Shown here piece by piece: positions 1 through 10,042 of a DNA stretch of 64,000 nucleotides; the first letter of the stretch is position 1, and every line of letters begins with the position of its first letter. Both the position numbers and the translations under genes were made by a program. Where the stretch lies: NCBI GenBank assembly GCA_964640435.1, contig CAZXFJ010000001.1, positions 64,542-128,541 on the forward strand, read 5' to 3'. The DNA is from an uncultured Gammaproteobacteria bacterium. Its GTDB lineage: Bacteria; Patescibacteriota; Microgenomatia; Levybacterales; GWA1-39-11. The notes below the pieces were generated by a model. It saw only the letters and a program-made list of their open reading frames with translations, ran no database searches and was not told the DNA's origin.

Positions 1-2
1 TT

Positions 3-1409
3 ATACTACCACAGCTACCTCAGTTTCCTGTATATGGAACAACTCTTACTGCGGCACTTTCAAATGATAAGCTCGCGGAATTTGGTGAGAAAAACCGAGT
101 TCAGACAGTTTCATATAACGACACTTTAAAGCTTGGCGTTTTTTCTGTTTCCTTTGCTCGTATAACCCACTCCATAATGGATGCTGCAAATATGTTTATT
201 CGTACTCCAGTTGGTAACTTTTATCACGGAAGTGATTTTAAATTTGATTTTACACCGGCTGATGGAAGACCTTCAGAGCTTCGTAAAATTGCAAAATGGG
301 GAGACGAAGGAATTCTTTGTACAATGTCAGATTGTTTAGGAGCAGAACGTCCAGGTCATTCAAGGTCTGAACTTTCTATTGTAGATAGTTTTGAAGATGA
401 AGTTAAAAAGGCAAAAGGAAAAGTTTTTATAACTACTTATTCTTCAAATATTTCTCGTATGAATCAAGCAATTCAAGTTGCAAGAAAATACAATAGACGG
501 GTTTGTTTTATTGGAAGGTCTTTTCTTAAAGTTCGAGATATTGGAAGAAAATTAAAATACATGGATTTACCTGCGAAAATGGAGATAAGACCTCAGGAAG
601 TTCGACGTATGAATCCATCAAATGTGATGATTTTGCTTGCGGGTAGTCAGGGTCAGGTTGAGTCTGGTTTATCACGAATTGCTCAGGATCAAGATCGCGA
701 CCTAAGAATAAGCCGTGGAGATACTGTTATTTTTTCAGCTGATCCTATTCCGGGAAATGAGCTAAATATTAATTCTTTAATTGATATTATCTCCAAAAGA
801 GATGCTCGAGTTGTGTACTCAACATTAACAGATGAATTTCATGTTTCAGGACATGGAGCGCAAAATGATTTAAAGTTATTAATTTCATTAACAAATCCAA
901 AATTTTTGTTGCCAATTGGTGGAAATTACAAACACATGGCAGCATATAAAAGGATGGCAGAGGAAATGGGATATACATCAGATAAGGTGATTTTTGCAGA
1001 CGATGCGAAGCAAATAATATTTACACAAAATGGGTTTAGAGTTGGAAAATCAATTGCAACACCGGATGTATATGTTGATCAAATATCTGGTGATTCAATT
1101 GATAATTATGTAATTTTGGACAGACAAAAAATTGCAAAAGAAGGAGTTTTGATTATCGTTTGCGAAGTGAACCAGCTTAACGGGCAATTATTATCAAATC
1201 CAGATGTAATTGCTCGCGGTGTATTGTTTGAAAATAAAGATAAATTTGCTGACCAATTAGGTCGAAAACTTTCAGAGACTTTCTCAAAAAAACAGGACAG
1301 AGTTACAAATTGGAATTTTTACAGAAAAACAATACAAATGACTGCCGAAAGAATATTATATGATGAGGGAAGATCTCCTCTGGTGGTACCCGTAGTAATC
1401 GAGAACTGA
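3..1409 (+). CDS. rnj: Ribonuclease J (5' end outside window)
   Basis: Frame is open from position 3 (ILPQLPQFPVYGT...ITHSIMD). Beta-CASP motifs GSDFKFD, GSQGQ, PIPGNE and HVSGHG are present. Confidence 0.95.
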   Translation: MLPQLPQFPVYGTTLTAALSNDKLAEFGEKNRVQTVSYNDTLKLGVFSVSFARITHSIMDAANMFIRTPVGNFYHGSDFKFDFTPADGRPSELRKIAKWGDEGILCTMSDCLGAERPGHSRSELSIVDSFEDEVKKAKGKVFITTYSSNISRMNQAIQVARKYNRRVCFIGRSFLKVRDIGRKLKYMDLPAKMEIRPQEVRRMNPSNVMILLAGSQGQVESGLSRIAQDQDRDLRISRGDTVIFSADPIPGNELNINSLIDIISKRDARVVYSTLTDEFHVSGHGAQNDLKLLISLTNPKFLLPIGGNYKHMAAYKRMAEEMGYTSDKVIFADDAKQIIFTQNGFRVGKSIATPDVYVDQISGDSIDNYVILDRQKIAKEGVLIIVCEVNQLNGQLLSNPDVIARGVLFENKDKFADQLGRKLSETFSKKQDRVTNWNFYRKTIQMTAERILYDEGRSPLVVPVVIEN

Positions 1410-1460
1410 CATTAGAAGCTTTGAATTTCAAGCAAAAAGTGATATCCTTTATAGGCATTT

Positions 1461-3608
1461 ATGGCAAGAAAGAAAAAGGCTGCAAAAAGAAGAAAGTATA
1501 AGAAAAGAAGTAGTGGTAAGCTCCAAAGTGGAACAATTTACACAATCTTTGCATTAGGTTCAATTGTTTCAGGTATAGGATTATTAGCGTCATATACTCA
1601 AGCAAACGAATTACTTACAGAAGCGAATCTTTATTTAACCTCATATTTCGGACCTTTATCATTTTTAATTCCAATAATTTTAATTTTATTCGGTTTACTT
1701 CTTACCGGTGTTAAAACACCGATAACAAAAGCAACATCATTTTTTGGATTTTTACTTTTAACAGGATCTTTGCTCGGTTTATTTAGCTCAGGTCAGATTG
1801 GTGAAAAAATTGTTGCAACTTCCAATTCAATTTTTCCTCCAGCATTAACATTAGTATTTTTTATATTCGGAGCTCTAATTGGCCTAATTGTTTGTCTTAA
1901 CATAACCGCATCACAAATTGGTGCAATTTTTGCAGGGTTATTTGGAGGTATCGGTGCAATTGGAAAAGGTCTAGCGCCATTATTTAAAAGCAAAAAACAA
2001 TTTGCAGTTGATGATATGCAGCAAATTACTATTAAGGGTCTTAAGAATGAGCCAATAAAAGAGCAGCCAGCAGTTATAGCTCCAACTCTTGCTACGGCAA
2101 AACTACCTGAGAAAAAAGATGGGTCTATGGAAGATAAGTTGGTACTTAATAAGCCTATGGAGCTTGGTGTTTGGGAGTATCCGCCATTATCCCTTTTGTC
2201 AGTTCATGCAGGAAAGCGTGATACAGGAGATGTTAAAAAAATAGCAAAAACAATTGAAGAGACATTACAGAGTTTTGGAATAAAGTCTCGTGTTTCAGAA
2301 ATTAATGTTGGGCCCTCAGTTACGCAGTATGCTTTGGAAATTGCTTTGGGTACTAAATTATCAAAAATAACCGGTTTATCAAATGATTTGGCTTTAGCAA
2401 CAGAAGCACCAACGGGACAAATCAGAATTGAAGCGCCAATTCCAGGAAGAAATTTGGTTGGTATTGAAATTCCTAATAGATCAATGGAAATCGTCTCGCT
2501 TAAAACTATGCTTGAATCTCCTCAAATGCAGAAAGCAAAATCAAAAACTGCCGTTGCATTGGGACTTGATGTTTCAGGGAATGCAGTAGTTGCAGATATT
2601 GCAAAAATGCCCCACGTTTTGATCGCAGGAACCACAGGATCTGGAAAATCAGTTATGGTTAACTCAATTGTTTCATCTATTCTTTTCCGTGCATCTCCAA
2701 GTGAGGTTCGTTTTATCATGATCGACCCTAAGCGTGTTGAATTAACAGGCTATAACGGCATTCCTCATCTTATGTCTCCAGTTGTTGTAGAGCCGGCCCA
2801 AGCAGTATCTGCTCTTAAATGGGCTATGAAAGAAATGGATCGCCGTTATGTTCAATTTCAAGATTCCGGAGTTAAGAATATTGATTCATACAATGAGCTT
2901 GCAGGATTTCAAGCATTACCATATATCGTAATTTTAATCGACGAGCTTGCAGATCTTATGGCACTTGCGGCCGTTGAAGTTGAAGATTCAATTGCACGTA
3001 TTGCACAGATGGCTCGTGCAACCGGAATCCATCTTGTACTTGCAACCCAGCGTCCATCCGTTGATGTTTTAACAGGTCTTATTAAGGCAAACGTTCCTTG
3101 TAGAATATCATTTAACGTTTCTTCTATGATCGATTCTAAAGTTATTATTGATTCGCCAGGTGCTGAAAAATTACTTGGTCGAGGAGACATGTTGTATGTG
3201 CCACCAGATCAGGCAAAACCTGCCAGAATTCAAGGAACATTTGTTTCAGATCAGGATGTAAAACGAGTTGTTAACTTTATTAAATCAAAAGGTGTACCTG
3301 TCCAGTATACTACTGAGGTGGTTGAGCAGGCTGTAAACCTTGGAAAGAAAGGGGCTGCCGGAATGAATAGTGGCGGTGGTGGAGGCGAGGATGAACTATT
3401 TGAACAAGGTGTAAGAATTGTTTGTGCGCATGATAGAGCTTCATCATCACTTCTTCAAAGAAGGCTTTCTATCGGATTTAATCGCGCAGCAAGGCTCTTA
3501 GAACAGCTTGAAGAAGCAGGTGTAGTTGGTCCAGCAGATGGCTCGAAACCACGTGACGTTTTAGTTCGAAATCCAGATGAGTTTCTTGCTGCCCGTGCCC
3601 AACAATAA
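1461..3608 (+). CDS. ftsK: FtsK/SpoIIIE DNA translocase
   Basis: N-terminal TM helices, Walker A GTTGSGKS, IDPKRVEL, IDELADLM, ATQRPS, LLGRGDML and a C-terminal gamma domain (LQRRLSIGFNRAARL). Confidence 0.97.
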   Translation: MARKKKAAKRRKYKKRSSGKLQSGTIYTIFALGSIVSGIGLLASYTQANELLTEANLYLTSYFGPLSFLIPIILILFGLLLTGVKTPITKATSFFGFLLLTGSLLGLFSSGQIGEKIVATSNSIFPPALTLVFFIFGALIGLIVCLNITASQIGAIFAGLFGGIGAIGKGLAPLFKSKKQFAVDDMQQITIKGLKNEPIKEQPAVIAPTLATAKLPEKKDGSMEDKLVLNKPMELGVWEYPPLSLLSVHAGKRDTGDVKKIAKTIEETLQSFGIKSRVSEINVGPSVTQYALEIALGTKLSKITGLSNDLALATEAPTGQIRIEAPIPGRNLVGIEIPNRSMEIVSLKTMLESPQMQKAKSKTAVALGLDVSGNAVVADIAKMPHVLIAGTTGSGKSVMVNSIVSSILFRASPSEVRFIMIDPKRVELTGYNGIPHLMSPVVVEPAQAVSALKWAMKEMDRRYVQFQDSGVKNIDSYNELAGFQALPYIVILIDELADLMALAAVEVEDSIARIAQMARATGIHLVLATQRPSVDVLTGLIKANVPCRISFNVSSMIDSKVIIDSPGAEKLLGRGDMLYVPPDQAKPARIQGTFVSDQDVKRVVNFIKSKGVPVQYTTEVVEQAVNLGKKGAAGMNSGGGGGEDELFEQGVRIVCAHDRASSSLLQRRLSIGFNRAARLLEQLEEAGVVGPADGSKPRDVLVRNPDEFLAARAQQ

Positions 3609-3616
3609 TAACTTCT

Positions 3617-4243
3617 ATGAAAAAGATTTCAGACATATTACGTCAGAGACGTGAAGAAAGAGGTATAAGTCTTGATAAAGTTGAAGCGGATACAAAGATA
3701 AAAAAGGAATTTTTGTTAGCAATTGAACATGGTAATTTTCAGCGACTACCTTCAGGTTACGCATTGGGATTTGTGAAGAATTATTCAAAATATTTAGAAA
3801 TTCCTGTTAGTGAAGCAGTTCCTCTTTTTCGACGTGAATATGCTGGAAAGCATGTAACCCATATTGTTCCAAATTTTCGTAAATCTCAACACAAATATAA
3901 TAGAAAATTATTCTTCAATACTCGAACATTTTTAATTCTTGCAGTAGTGGTGTTAGTTGGGATATATATATTCTTTCAATATAGTTCTTTATTTTTTGCA
4001 CCAAAACTTACTATTTCTCAGCCTAAAAATGGACAAACAATACAAAACAATGTTGTTGAAGTTGAGGGGGTAACTGATCCTTATGCAACAGTAACAATAA
4101 ATAATGAAGAAACATACGTTGATTTACAAGGAAACTTTAAAAAGAGTGAATATCTTTTCTCGGGTAACAACAAGATAACTGTAGTGGCTAAAAATCGTTT
4201 TGGAAAAATAGCTACACGAGAAATTAATGTTAGTGTAAAATAA
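3617..4243 (+). CDS. RodZ-like protein: N-terminal HTH, one TM helix, C-terminal Ig-like domain
   Basis: LRQRREERGISLDKVEADTKIKKEFLLAIEHG...GFVKNYSKYL matches a RodZ-type HTH; it lies downstream of ftsK. Confidence 0.8.
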   Translation: MKKISDILRQRREERGISLDKVEADTKIKKEFLLAIEHGNFQRLPSGYALGFVKNYSKYLEIPVSEAVPLFRREYAGKHVTHIVPNFRKSQHKYNRKLFFNTRTFLILAVVVLVGIYIFFQYSSLFFAPKLTISQPKNGQTIQNNVVEVEGVTDPYATVTINNEETYVDLQGNFKKSEYLFSGNNKITVVAKNRFGKIATREINVSVK

Positions 4244-4247
4244 ATTC

Positions 4248-4276
4248 TTGCTTTTAAATCTGCTTCATGCTAACTT
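4248..4276 (+). promoter_or_regulatory. Sigma70-type promoter (leaderless) for the 4283 gene
   Basis: TTGCTT-17 bp-TAACTT with extended TG; the ATG follows 6 nt later. Confidence 0.6.
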
Positions 4277-4282
4277 ATAAAT

Positions 4283-4549
4283 ATGGTAGATCCTGTCCAG
4301 GTAGTTTTACTTGTAGTAATTGTTCTTCTAACCCTTCTTCTTTTGGTATTAGGTGTTCAAGTCTTTTTTATTCTCAAAGAGCTTCGAGAAACGTTATTCA
4401 GAGCAAACAAAGTTCTTGAAAACACAGAAAATATTACAGAATCAGTTTCTGAGCCTATGACTTTTATCTCCAATCTTCTTCTATCCGCAAAGTCTTTTTC
4501 TACTATTTCTAAAATTCTTAAGAGGTTAAAGGAAGACGATGCAGAATAA
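4283..4549 (+). CDS. Small membrane protein, DUF948/YtxG-like
   Basis: N-terminal hydrophobic helix followed by a coiled-coil; paired with a YtxH-like gene. Confidence 0.6.
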   Translation: MVDPVQVVLLVVIVLLTLLLLVLGVQVFFILKELRETLFRANKVLENTENITESVSEPMTFISNLLLSAKSFSTISKILKRLKEDDAE

Positions 4550-4991
4550 TAAACATGTTAAACAAGGCGGTGGATCAGCATTTTTCTGGGGTCTTGTTAT
4601 AGGAGCACTTCTTGCCACATTACTCACTACAAAAAACGGTAGAAAAATTCTTCATGAGCTAGTAGATATTGTTTTATCAATGATGGAAGATTTTGCTGAG
4701 AAGAAAAAGACTTCAAATGTCCCCGTTGTGACTGCTGTTAAGAATACAGTAAACAATATAAAGGAAGATATTCGTGAAGAGGTAGAATTTAAGAAAGCTG
4801 TAGATGAAATAAATTCTGAAATTGCTGAAGATGAGCAACCTGGTAGTGAAGATGATTTGGAGGTCAGTTCGACTCCGGTACAAGTTATTGCGGAAGAGGA
4901 AGAAATTGTAGTTGATGAAAAAGAGGAATCCCCTAAAAGTAACGGTCATGCTAAAAAGAGACTCTTCCATGGTATAAGAAAGGCTAAATAG
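4539..4991 (+). CDS. YtxH-domain protein with acidic tail
   Basis: FFWGLVIGALLATLLTTKNGRK resembles the YtxH signature. Confidence 0.65.
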   Translation: MQNNKHVKQGGGSAFFWGLVIGALLATLLTTKNGRKILHELVDIVLSMMEDFAEKKKTSNVPVVTAVKNTVNNIKEDIREEVEFKKAVDEINSEIAEDEQPGSEDDLEVSSTPVQVIAEEEEIVVDEKEESPKSNGHAKKRLFHGIRKAK

Positions 4992-5048
4992 CCTCAATTT
5001 TGCCCCCCAAATTGGTGTTCTAGCCTTAAAATTGATATAATATGCATT

Positions 5049-6071
5049 ATGAAAAAGGTTGTTGTTATTGGTGGTGGAACAGGGACATATACGGCCCTGA
5101 CTGCCCTTCGTGATAAAAAATATGATCTTACAGCCATTTTGACAATGGTAGATGATGGTGGATCAAATAAGGTGCTTCGTGATGAATTTGGTCTCCTTCC
5201 AACATCTGGTGTAAGGCTTGCTATGGTTGCGCTATCAAGTAAGCCATCACTTCTTCGTGAACTATTTTTATACCGTTACCACAAGGGAACAGGAATCTCT
5301 GGAATGACCTTTGGTAATCTGTTCTTAGCAGCAGTTACTGATATTTTAGGATCTCAAGAAAAAGCAATTGAGCACACATCGGATATATTAAAAGTTAAAG
5401 GAAAAATACTACCAATTTCTCATGAAGATGTTCGCTTGGTCGCGCACTACGAGGATGGATCTGAAGTTGTTGGAGAGCATAATATTGATGAACCAACTCA
5501 CGATGGAAAAATGAAGATTACAAAACTTTTTACACGTCCAGAAGCTACAATAACTGAACATGCAAAGCAAGCAATTTTAGATGCAGATACTATAGTTTTA
5601 GGTCCCGGCGACTTTTATACAAATTCTGTAGCAAATCTTGTTATCGGAGGAGTAGTTGATGCATTGATGGAATCAAAGGCACAACTCATTTTTGTTATGA
5701 ATCTTATGACTAAATATGGTGAGACATATGATTATTCTGCATCTCAATATATTGAAGATCTTGCAAAATATATTCCACTATCAAGAATAAACGTGCTTTT
5801 AATTAATAATGATATGAAGTTACCTGTGGAAACTCTCGAAAAATATAAAGAGGAGTTTTCAATTCCTGTTGTAGATGATCTAGATAGTATGGATTTGCCA
5901 GAGGGCGTAAGAGTAGTTCGTGCACCTATTTTATTTAGAAAAGAAATAGAACCTGAAAAAGGAGATTTAGTAAAGCGAAGTATGATAAGACATGATCCAA
6001 GAAGACTTGGTAAAATATTAACAGAACTTATAGGAACTGATGAGTCTTCAGAGCCTGTTAACAATGGATAA
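5049..6071 (+). CDS. yvcK: YvcK/GlmR (UPF0052) family protein
   Basis: VVIGGGTG, VDDGGS, GNLFL, LGPGDFYTN and RHDP motifs. TG-TATAAT ends 7 nt upstream. Confidence 0.93.
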   Translation: MKKVVVIGGGTGTYTALTALRDKKYDLTAILTMVDDGGSNKVLRDEFGLLPTSGVRLAMVALSSKPSLLRELFLYRYHKGTGISGMTFGNLFLAAVTDILGSQEKAIEHTSDILKVKGKILPISHEDVRLVAHYEDGSEVVGEHNIDEPTHDGKMKITKLFTRPEATITEHAKQAILDADTIVLGPGDFYTNSVANLVIGGVVDALMESKAQLIFVMNLMTKYGETYDYSASQYIEDLAKYIPLSRINVLLINNDMKLPVETLEKYKEEFSIPVVDDLDSMDLPEGVRVVRAPILFRKEIEPEKGDLVKRSMIRHDPRRLGKILTELIGTDESSEPVNNG

Positions 6072-6684
6072 GAAAACAAAAGCTGAAAAAATTGCAAGAG
6101 AACTTAAGAAGCTATTTCCCAATCCTCATACACCATTAAATCACAGTAATCCCTGGGAGCTTTATGTTGCGGTAGCATTATCTGCTCAACAAACTGATGT
6201 TGGTGTAAATAAAGTTACGGAAACACTTTTCAAAAAATATAAAAATTTAGATGATTATCGTAAAGCATCACTTGAAGAATTTGATGGTGATATAAAAAGC
6301 ATAAATTTCCATAAAGGTAAATCAAAAGCGATTAAGGCGGCTGCTGATATTATTGCGGAAAAATACAATGGTAAAATGCCACAAGAGATGGATCAGTTAT
6401 TGGAGCTACCTTTTATTGGAAGAAAGACGGCAAATGTAATTTTGCAGGAAGCATTTGGGAAATCCGAGGGTATAGTGGTTGATACTCATGTAAAGAGACT
6501 TACTAATCTATTTGGGTTAACTACAAATTCCGACCCAGTAAAAATAGAAAAAGATTTGATGGAGGAAGTTGCGCAAAAGGATTGGAGAGAATTTGGATTA
6601 GGTCTTATATATTATGGACGAACGTATTGTAAAGCCTCATGTAAGCACACAGATTGTCCTCTTCGCGAGTATATATCTAAATAA
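6064..6684 (+). CDS. nth: Endonuclease III (HhH-GPD glycosylase/lyase)
   Basis: LSAQQTD, LPFIGRKTA (catalytic K) and VDTHV (catalytic D). Start placed at the ATG at 6064; the Fe-S motif is atypical. Confidence 0.92.
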   Translation: MDKKTKAEKIARELKKLFPNPHTPLNHSNPWELYVAVALSAQQTDVGVNKVTETLFKKYKNLDDYRKASLEEFDGDIKSINFHKGKSKAIKAAADIIAEKYNGKMPQEMDQLLELPFIGRKTANVILQEAFGKSEGIVVDTHVKRLTNLFGLTTNSDPVKIEKDLMEEVAQKDWREFGLGLIYYGRTYCKASCKHTDCPLREYISK

Positions 6685-9600
6685 TTATCTTCTTGTTTCT
6701 CTTTTTGTGTTAAACCACATGAAGTAAACTGTTGGAATGAAGAACAACATGATTATTCCTGAGAATGTAAGTCCTGCAATAATTGCTCCTCCTAGTCCTC
6801 GCCATAATGGATCAGTAACAGTAATTGGAATAAGACCCAAGATTGTTGCAAGAGATGTTAATGCAATTGGTTCAAGTCGAGATGCTGAAGCTTCGGAAAT
6901 TGCTTCAATAAGACTCATATCATGTTTTTGGTTTTCAACGATTTTATCAACAACTAGAATAGAATTTTTAACAACAATTCCAAAAAGAGCCAGTACTCCA
7001 ATAAGTGCTGGGAATGAAAGTGGTGTTCCGGTTAGTGCAAAAATTACAAATACACCAGAGATTGAAAGTGGAATAACAAGCATAACAATTAATGCTCGTC
7101 TGAATGATGAGAACTGAATAACCATTGTGACAATAATTAAGAAGAATGAAAGAATCATCGCTGTGAGAATTGAGTTTATTGAGTTTTGATTTTCTTCATT
7201 TGCTCCTCCAGTTTTCCATTCATACCCTGATGGCAAGTGAAGATCACTATCAGCAAACTTGATTAATTCTGTATTAATTGTTTGTGAATTAAATCCTCGT
7301 CGAGCAGCAGCAGAAATTGAAATAGTTCTCTTACCACCTTCACGAGTTATTTGTGTTGGATTGTTCTCAAGCTTTAATGTTCCCAGTGAGGCAAGAGGAA
7401 TATTTCCTGTTGGTGTAGGAATATTAATTTGGTCAAGAGTATTTACAAAAGATGTTTCATTATAAAGCCTTAGCGTAATATCTTTTTCTTCAGTTTCACC
7501 TGGGAATTTATTACTTTCAAATTTAATCCCTGATGCGTACAGCCTTAGAAGACCACCTAATTGATCAACGGATATATTATTATCAGCAATAATTTCACTA
7601 TTTGGAACAAATACTATCTTACTTGTTCCTGGTTGAATTGATTTCTCAGCGTTTGCTATACCAGGGTTTTTTTCAAGATATGCAACGACTTCATCTGCTT
7701 TCTTATTGAGAACAGACAAGTCATCTCCTACAAGTTTTATTTGAACATCTGCTCCAACTGGGGGACCACCAGATTGTTCAATAACCTGAAACTTTCCTGC
7801 TTGGTAATTGCTGAATTTGTTGCGAAGCTTTTCTGCTATTTCAAAAGATTCTTCTCTTTGACCTTCCTTTTTAAGATTCAATGAATATAGAAGACTATTT
7901 GAGTCACCTTGAGTTCCTCCACTTTCAGTATTAATTGAAGTTCCGAGATCAAGACTTACGAAATTAACACCGGGAGTTTTGCTAATTTCCGAAAGCATTC
8001 TTAAACCTTCTTTTTTAGTTACATCAACATTGGTTCCAGATGCAAAATCAATACTTGCATAAACTATATCTGAATCAGTTTTTGGAAAGAATTCATTTTT
8101 AACAAATCCAAATGGTAAAAGAAGGAATGAAAATATAGAAAAGATTACAACCATGGTCACAACCATTCTTCGGTTTTGTCGACTTGAAATAACTTTTTGA
8201 ATTAAGTCCTTGTATGCATGATTAATTCTGTCGAAGCTTATAACACCTTCTTCATAATTTCTCGATCTCAATGAATTTAATGTACGACCAAGTCTTGTTT
8301 TTGATGAGAAGCGTTTAGTTTGCATGTTTCTTACCCCTATGATCACTTTCTCTCTTAGTATGTATACGACCATAAGTAATGAAATCAGCGCTACTATTTC
8401 AAAAGCGAATAAGTTACCTCTCGGAATAACCGAGAATAATATTCCTGCCATCATTAAGACAAATATGATTTGGAAAAGTATTTTTACTCTTCCAGGAACC
8501 TGAGGTCTTAGTAAGATAACGACGAGCGGAAGTGTGATAAACATTGCAACAAAGAAAGAAGAAATAAGCGCAGTTGACACAACTATTGGAATTGATTTAA
8601 TAAATTCACCAATAATTCCACTTGCTAAAAGTAATGGTAAAAATGCCCAAACAGTAGTAATTGTTGTTGTTGCAACTGGAGTTAAAAAGTCACGCCATAC
8701 GAGAAGTCCTGTTTCAATCGGTGTAAATCTTTTCGTCTTGTAGTAAAAGCTCATTGCAGAAATAACAACAACTGTATCGTCCACTAAGAGTCCTAGGGAT
8801 AAGATAAGAGAGAAAAGAGAAAGAAAATTAAGCGTAATTCCTGTTTGCTGCATTATTATAAAGGTTATTAAGAAAGATAATGGTGCAGAAAGAGAGGATA
8901 CAACCGCCTGTCTTGGTCCAAGGAAAATAAATAGAACAAGTACGACTAAGAATACAGTGATAAGAAAATCACGTGTAAGCTCAGAAAATTGATGATCAAT
9001 TTCTTCAGAAGTGTTTACTAAATTAACGGCTTCAAACCTGCCTTCGCCACGAGCAGCAATTTCATCATCTACAGTTTTATGAGCAGCACTTACAGCTCGG
9101 TTTATGTTAAATGTTTTAACACGTAAGACATTAAAAGTAACAGATCTTTGTGATTCTCTTCCAGGGTATGCGATAAATGATTGATTCTGTCCAGGTTTTG
9201 GACTTTCATAGATCTGAGCTATTTCAGACAATGAAACATTTTGCCCATTTAAATTTACTCTTGTTTTTCTTATGTCATCAATTGTTGAAATTGCAGGGTC
9301 GATTGTTAGTGAAAAGTTGCTATTTTCTGTTCTAACAGACCCTGCTGGAAAACTCTTAAATCCACTAGTTACTGCAGATGATAACTGGAATGGATTGACT
9401 CCATATGAAGAGTAAACCTCAGGGTTAACTATTATTTTTATCTCTGTTTCCTCAAGACCAGCGACTCCAACTGAATCAATTTCTGGTAAATCTTCTAGTT
9501 TTTGTTTTAGATGGGTTGCAAATTTGAAAAGACTTCCATCATCAGCAGTTGTTGTTAGAACAAAAGTCCAAACTGGAGAATTCTCAAAGTCTAATTTTAT

Positions 9601-10041
9601 GACACGAGGAGAAATTACATCATCGGGTAAGTCAGTTATTGAGTCAACCGCAGATTGTACATCAGATTTTGCTTTATCAACATCAACTCCTGATTCAAAT
9701 TCAATTGTTACAGTTGAAGCATTTTCAACAGAATTTGAAGTTACAGTTTTTACTTTATCAAGACTGTTGACAGCATCTTCAATAGGTATAGTTACAAGCG
9801 ACTCAACGTCAGCTGGTCCTGCTCCTGGTAAAACAGTAGAAACCAATACATATGGTAGGTTAACTTGGGGATTTAGATCTCGAGGTAGAGTAAAAAACGC
9901 GTTAAGACCAACACCTATTACTAAAAGGAGTAATAGAACTACTAGTCTTGGATTCTTCAGATAAGAAGCTACTTTTGAATTAGCAAGCTTTTGGTCGAAT
10001 CTGAGGAATTTTAAAAATTCATCTTTTCGTGGTTTTGGCAT
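6685..10041 (-). CDS. RND efflux permease, AcrB/AcrD/AcrF family
   Basis: PGAGPADVESLVTIPIE, GLLVDDTVVV, GIVVKNSILVVD and RLEPIALT; two large extracytoplasmic loops. Confidence 0.95.
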   Translation of the reverse strand: MPKPRKDEFLKFLRFDQKLANSKVASYLKNPRLVVLLLLLVIGVGLNAFFTLPRDLNPQVNLPYVLVSTVLPGAGPADVESLVTIPIEDAVNSLDKVKTVTSNSVENASTVTIEFESGVDVDKAKSDVQSAVDSITDLPDDVISPRVIKLDFENSPVWTFVLTTTADDGSLFKFATHLKQKLEDLPEIDSVGVAGLEETEIKIIVNPEVYSSYGVNPFQLSSAVTSGFKSFPAGSVRTENSNFSLTIDPAISTIDDIRKTRVNLNGQNVSLSEIAQIYESPKPGQNQSFIAYPGRESQRSVTFNVLRVKTFNINRAVSAAHKTVDDEIAARGEGRFEAVNLVNTSEEIDHQFSELTRDFLITVFLVVLVLFIFLGPRQAVVSSLSAPLSFLITFIIMQQTGITLNFLSLFSLILSLGLLVDDTVVVISAMSFYYKTKRFTPIETGLLVWRDFLTPVATTTITTVWAFLPLLLASGIIGEFIKSIPIVVSTALISSFFVAMFITLPLVVILLRPQVPGRVKILFQIIFVLMMAGILFSVIPRGNLFAFEIVALISLLMVVYILREKVIIGVRNMQTKRFSSKTRLGRTLNSLRSRNYEEGVISFDRINHAYKDLIQKVISSRQNRRMVVTMVVIFSIFSFLLLPFGFVKNEFFPKTDSDIVYASIDFASGTNVDVTKKEGLRMLSEISKTPGVNFVSLDLGTSINTESGGTQGDSNSLLYSLNLKKEGQREESFEIAEKLRNKFSNYQAGKFQVIEQSGGPPVGADVQIKLVGDDLSVLNKKADEVVAYLEKNPGIANAEKSIQPGTSKIVFVPNSEIIADNNISVDQLGGLLRLYASGIKFESNKFPGETEEKDITLRLYNETSFVNTLDQINIPTPTGNIPLASLGTLKLENNPTQITREGGKRTISISAAARRGFNSQTINTELIKFADSDLHLPSGYEWKTGGANEENQNSINSILTAMILSFFLIIVTMVIQFSSFRRALIVMLVIPLSISGVFVIFALTGTPLSFPALIGVLALFGIVVKNSILVVDKIVENQKHDMSLIEAISEASASRLEPIALTSLATILGLIPITVTDPLWRGLGGAIIAGLTFSGIIMLFFIPTVYFMWFNTKRETRR

Positions 10042-10042
10042 A

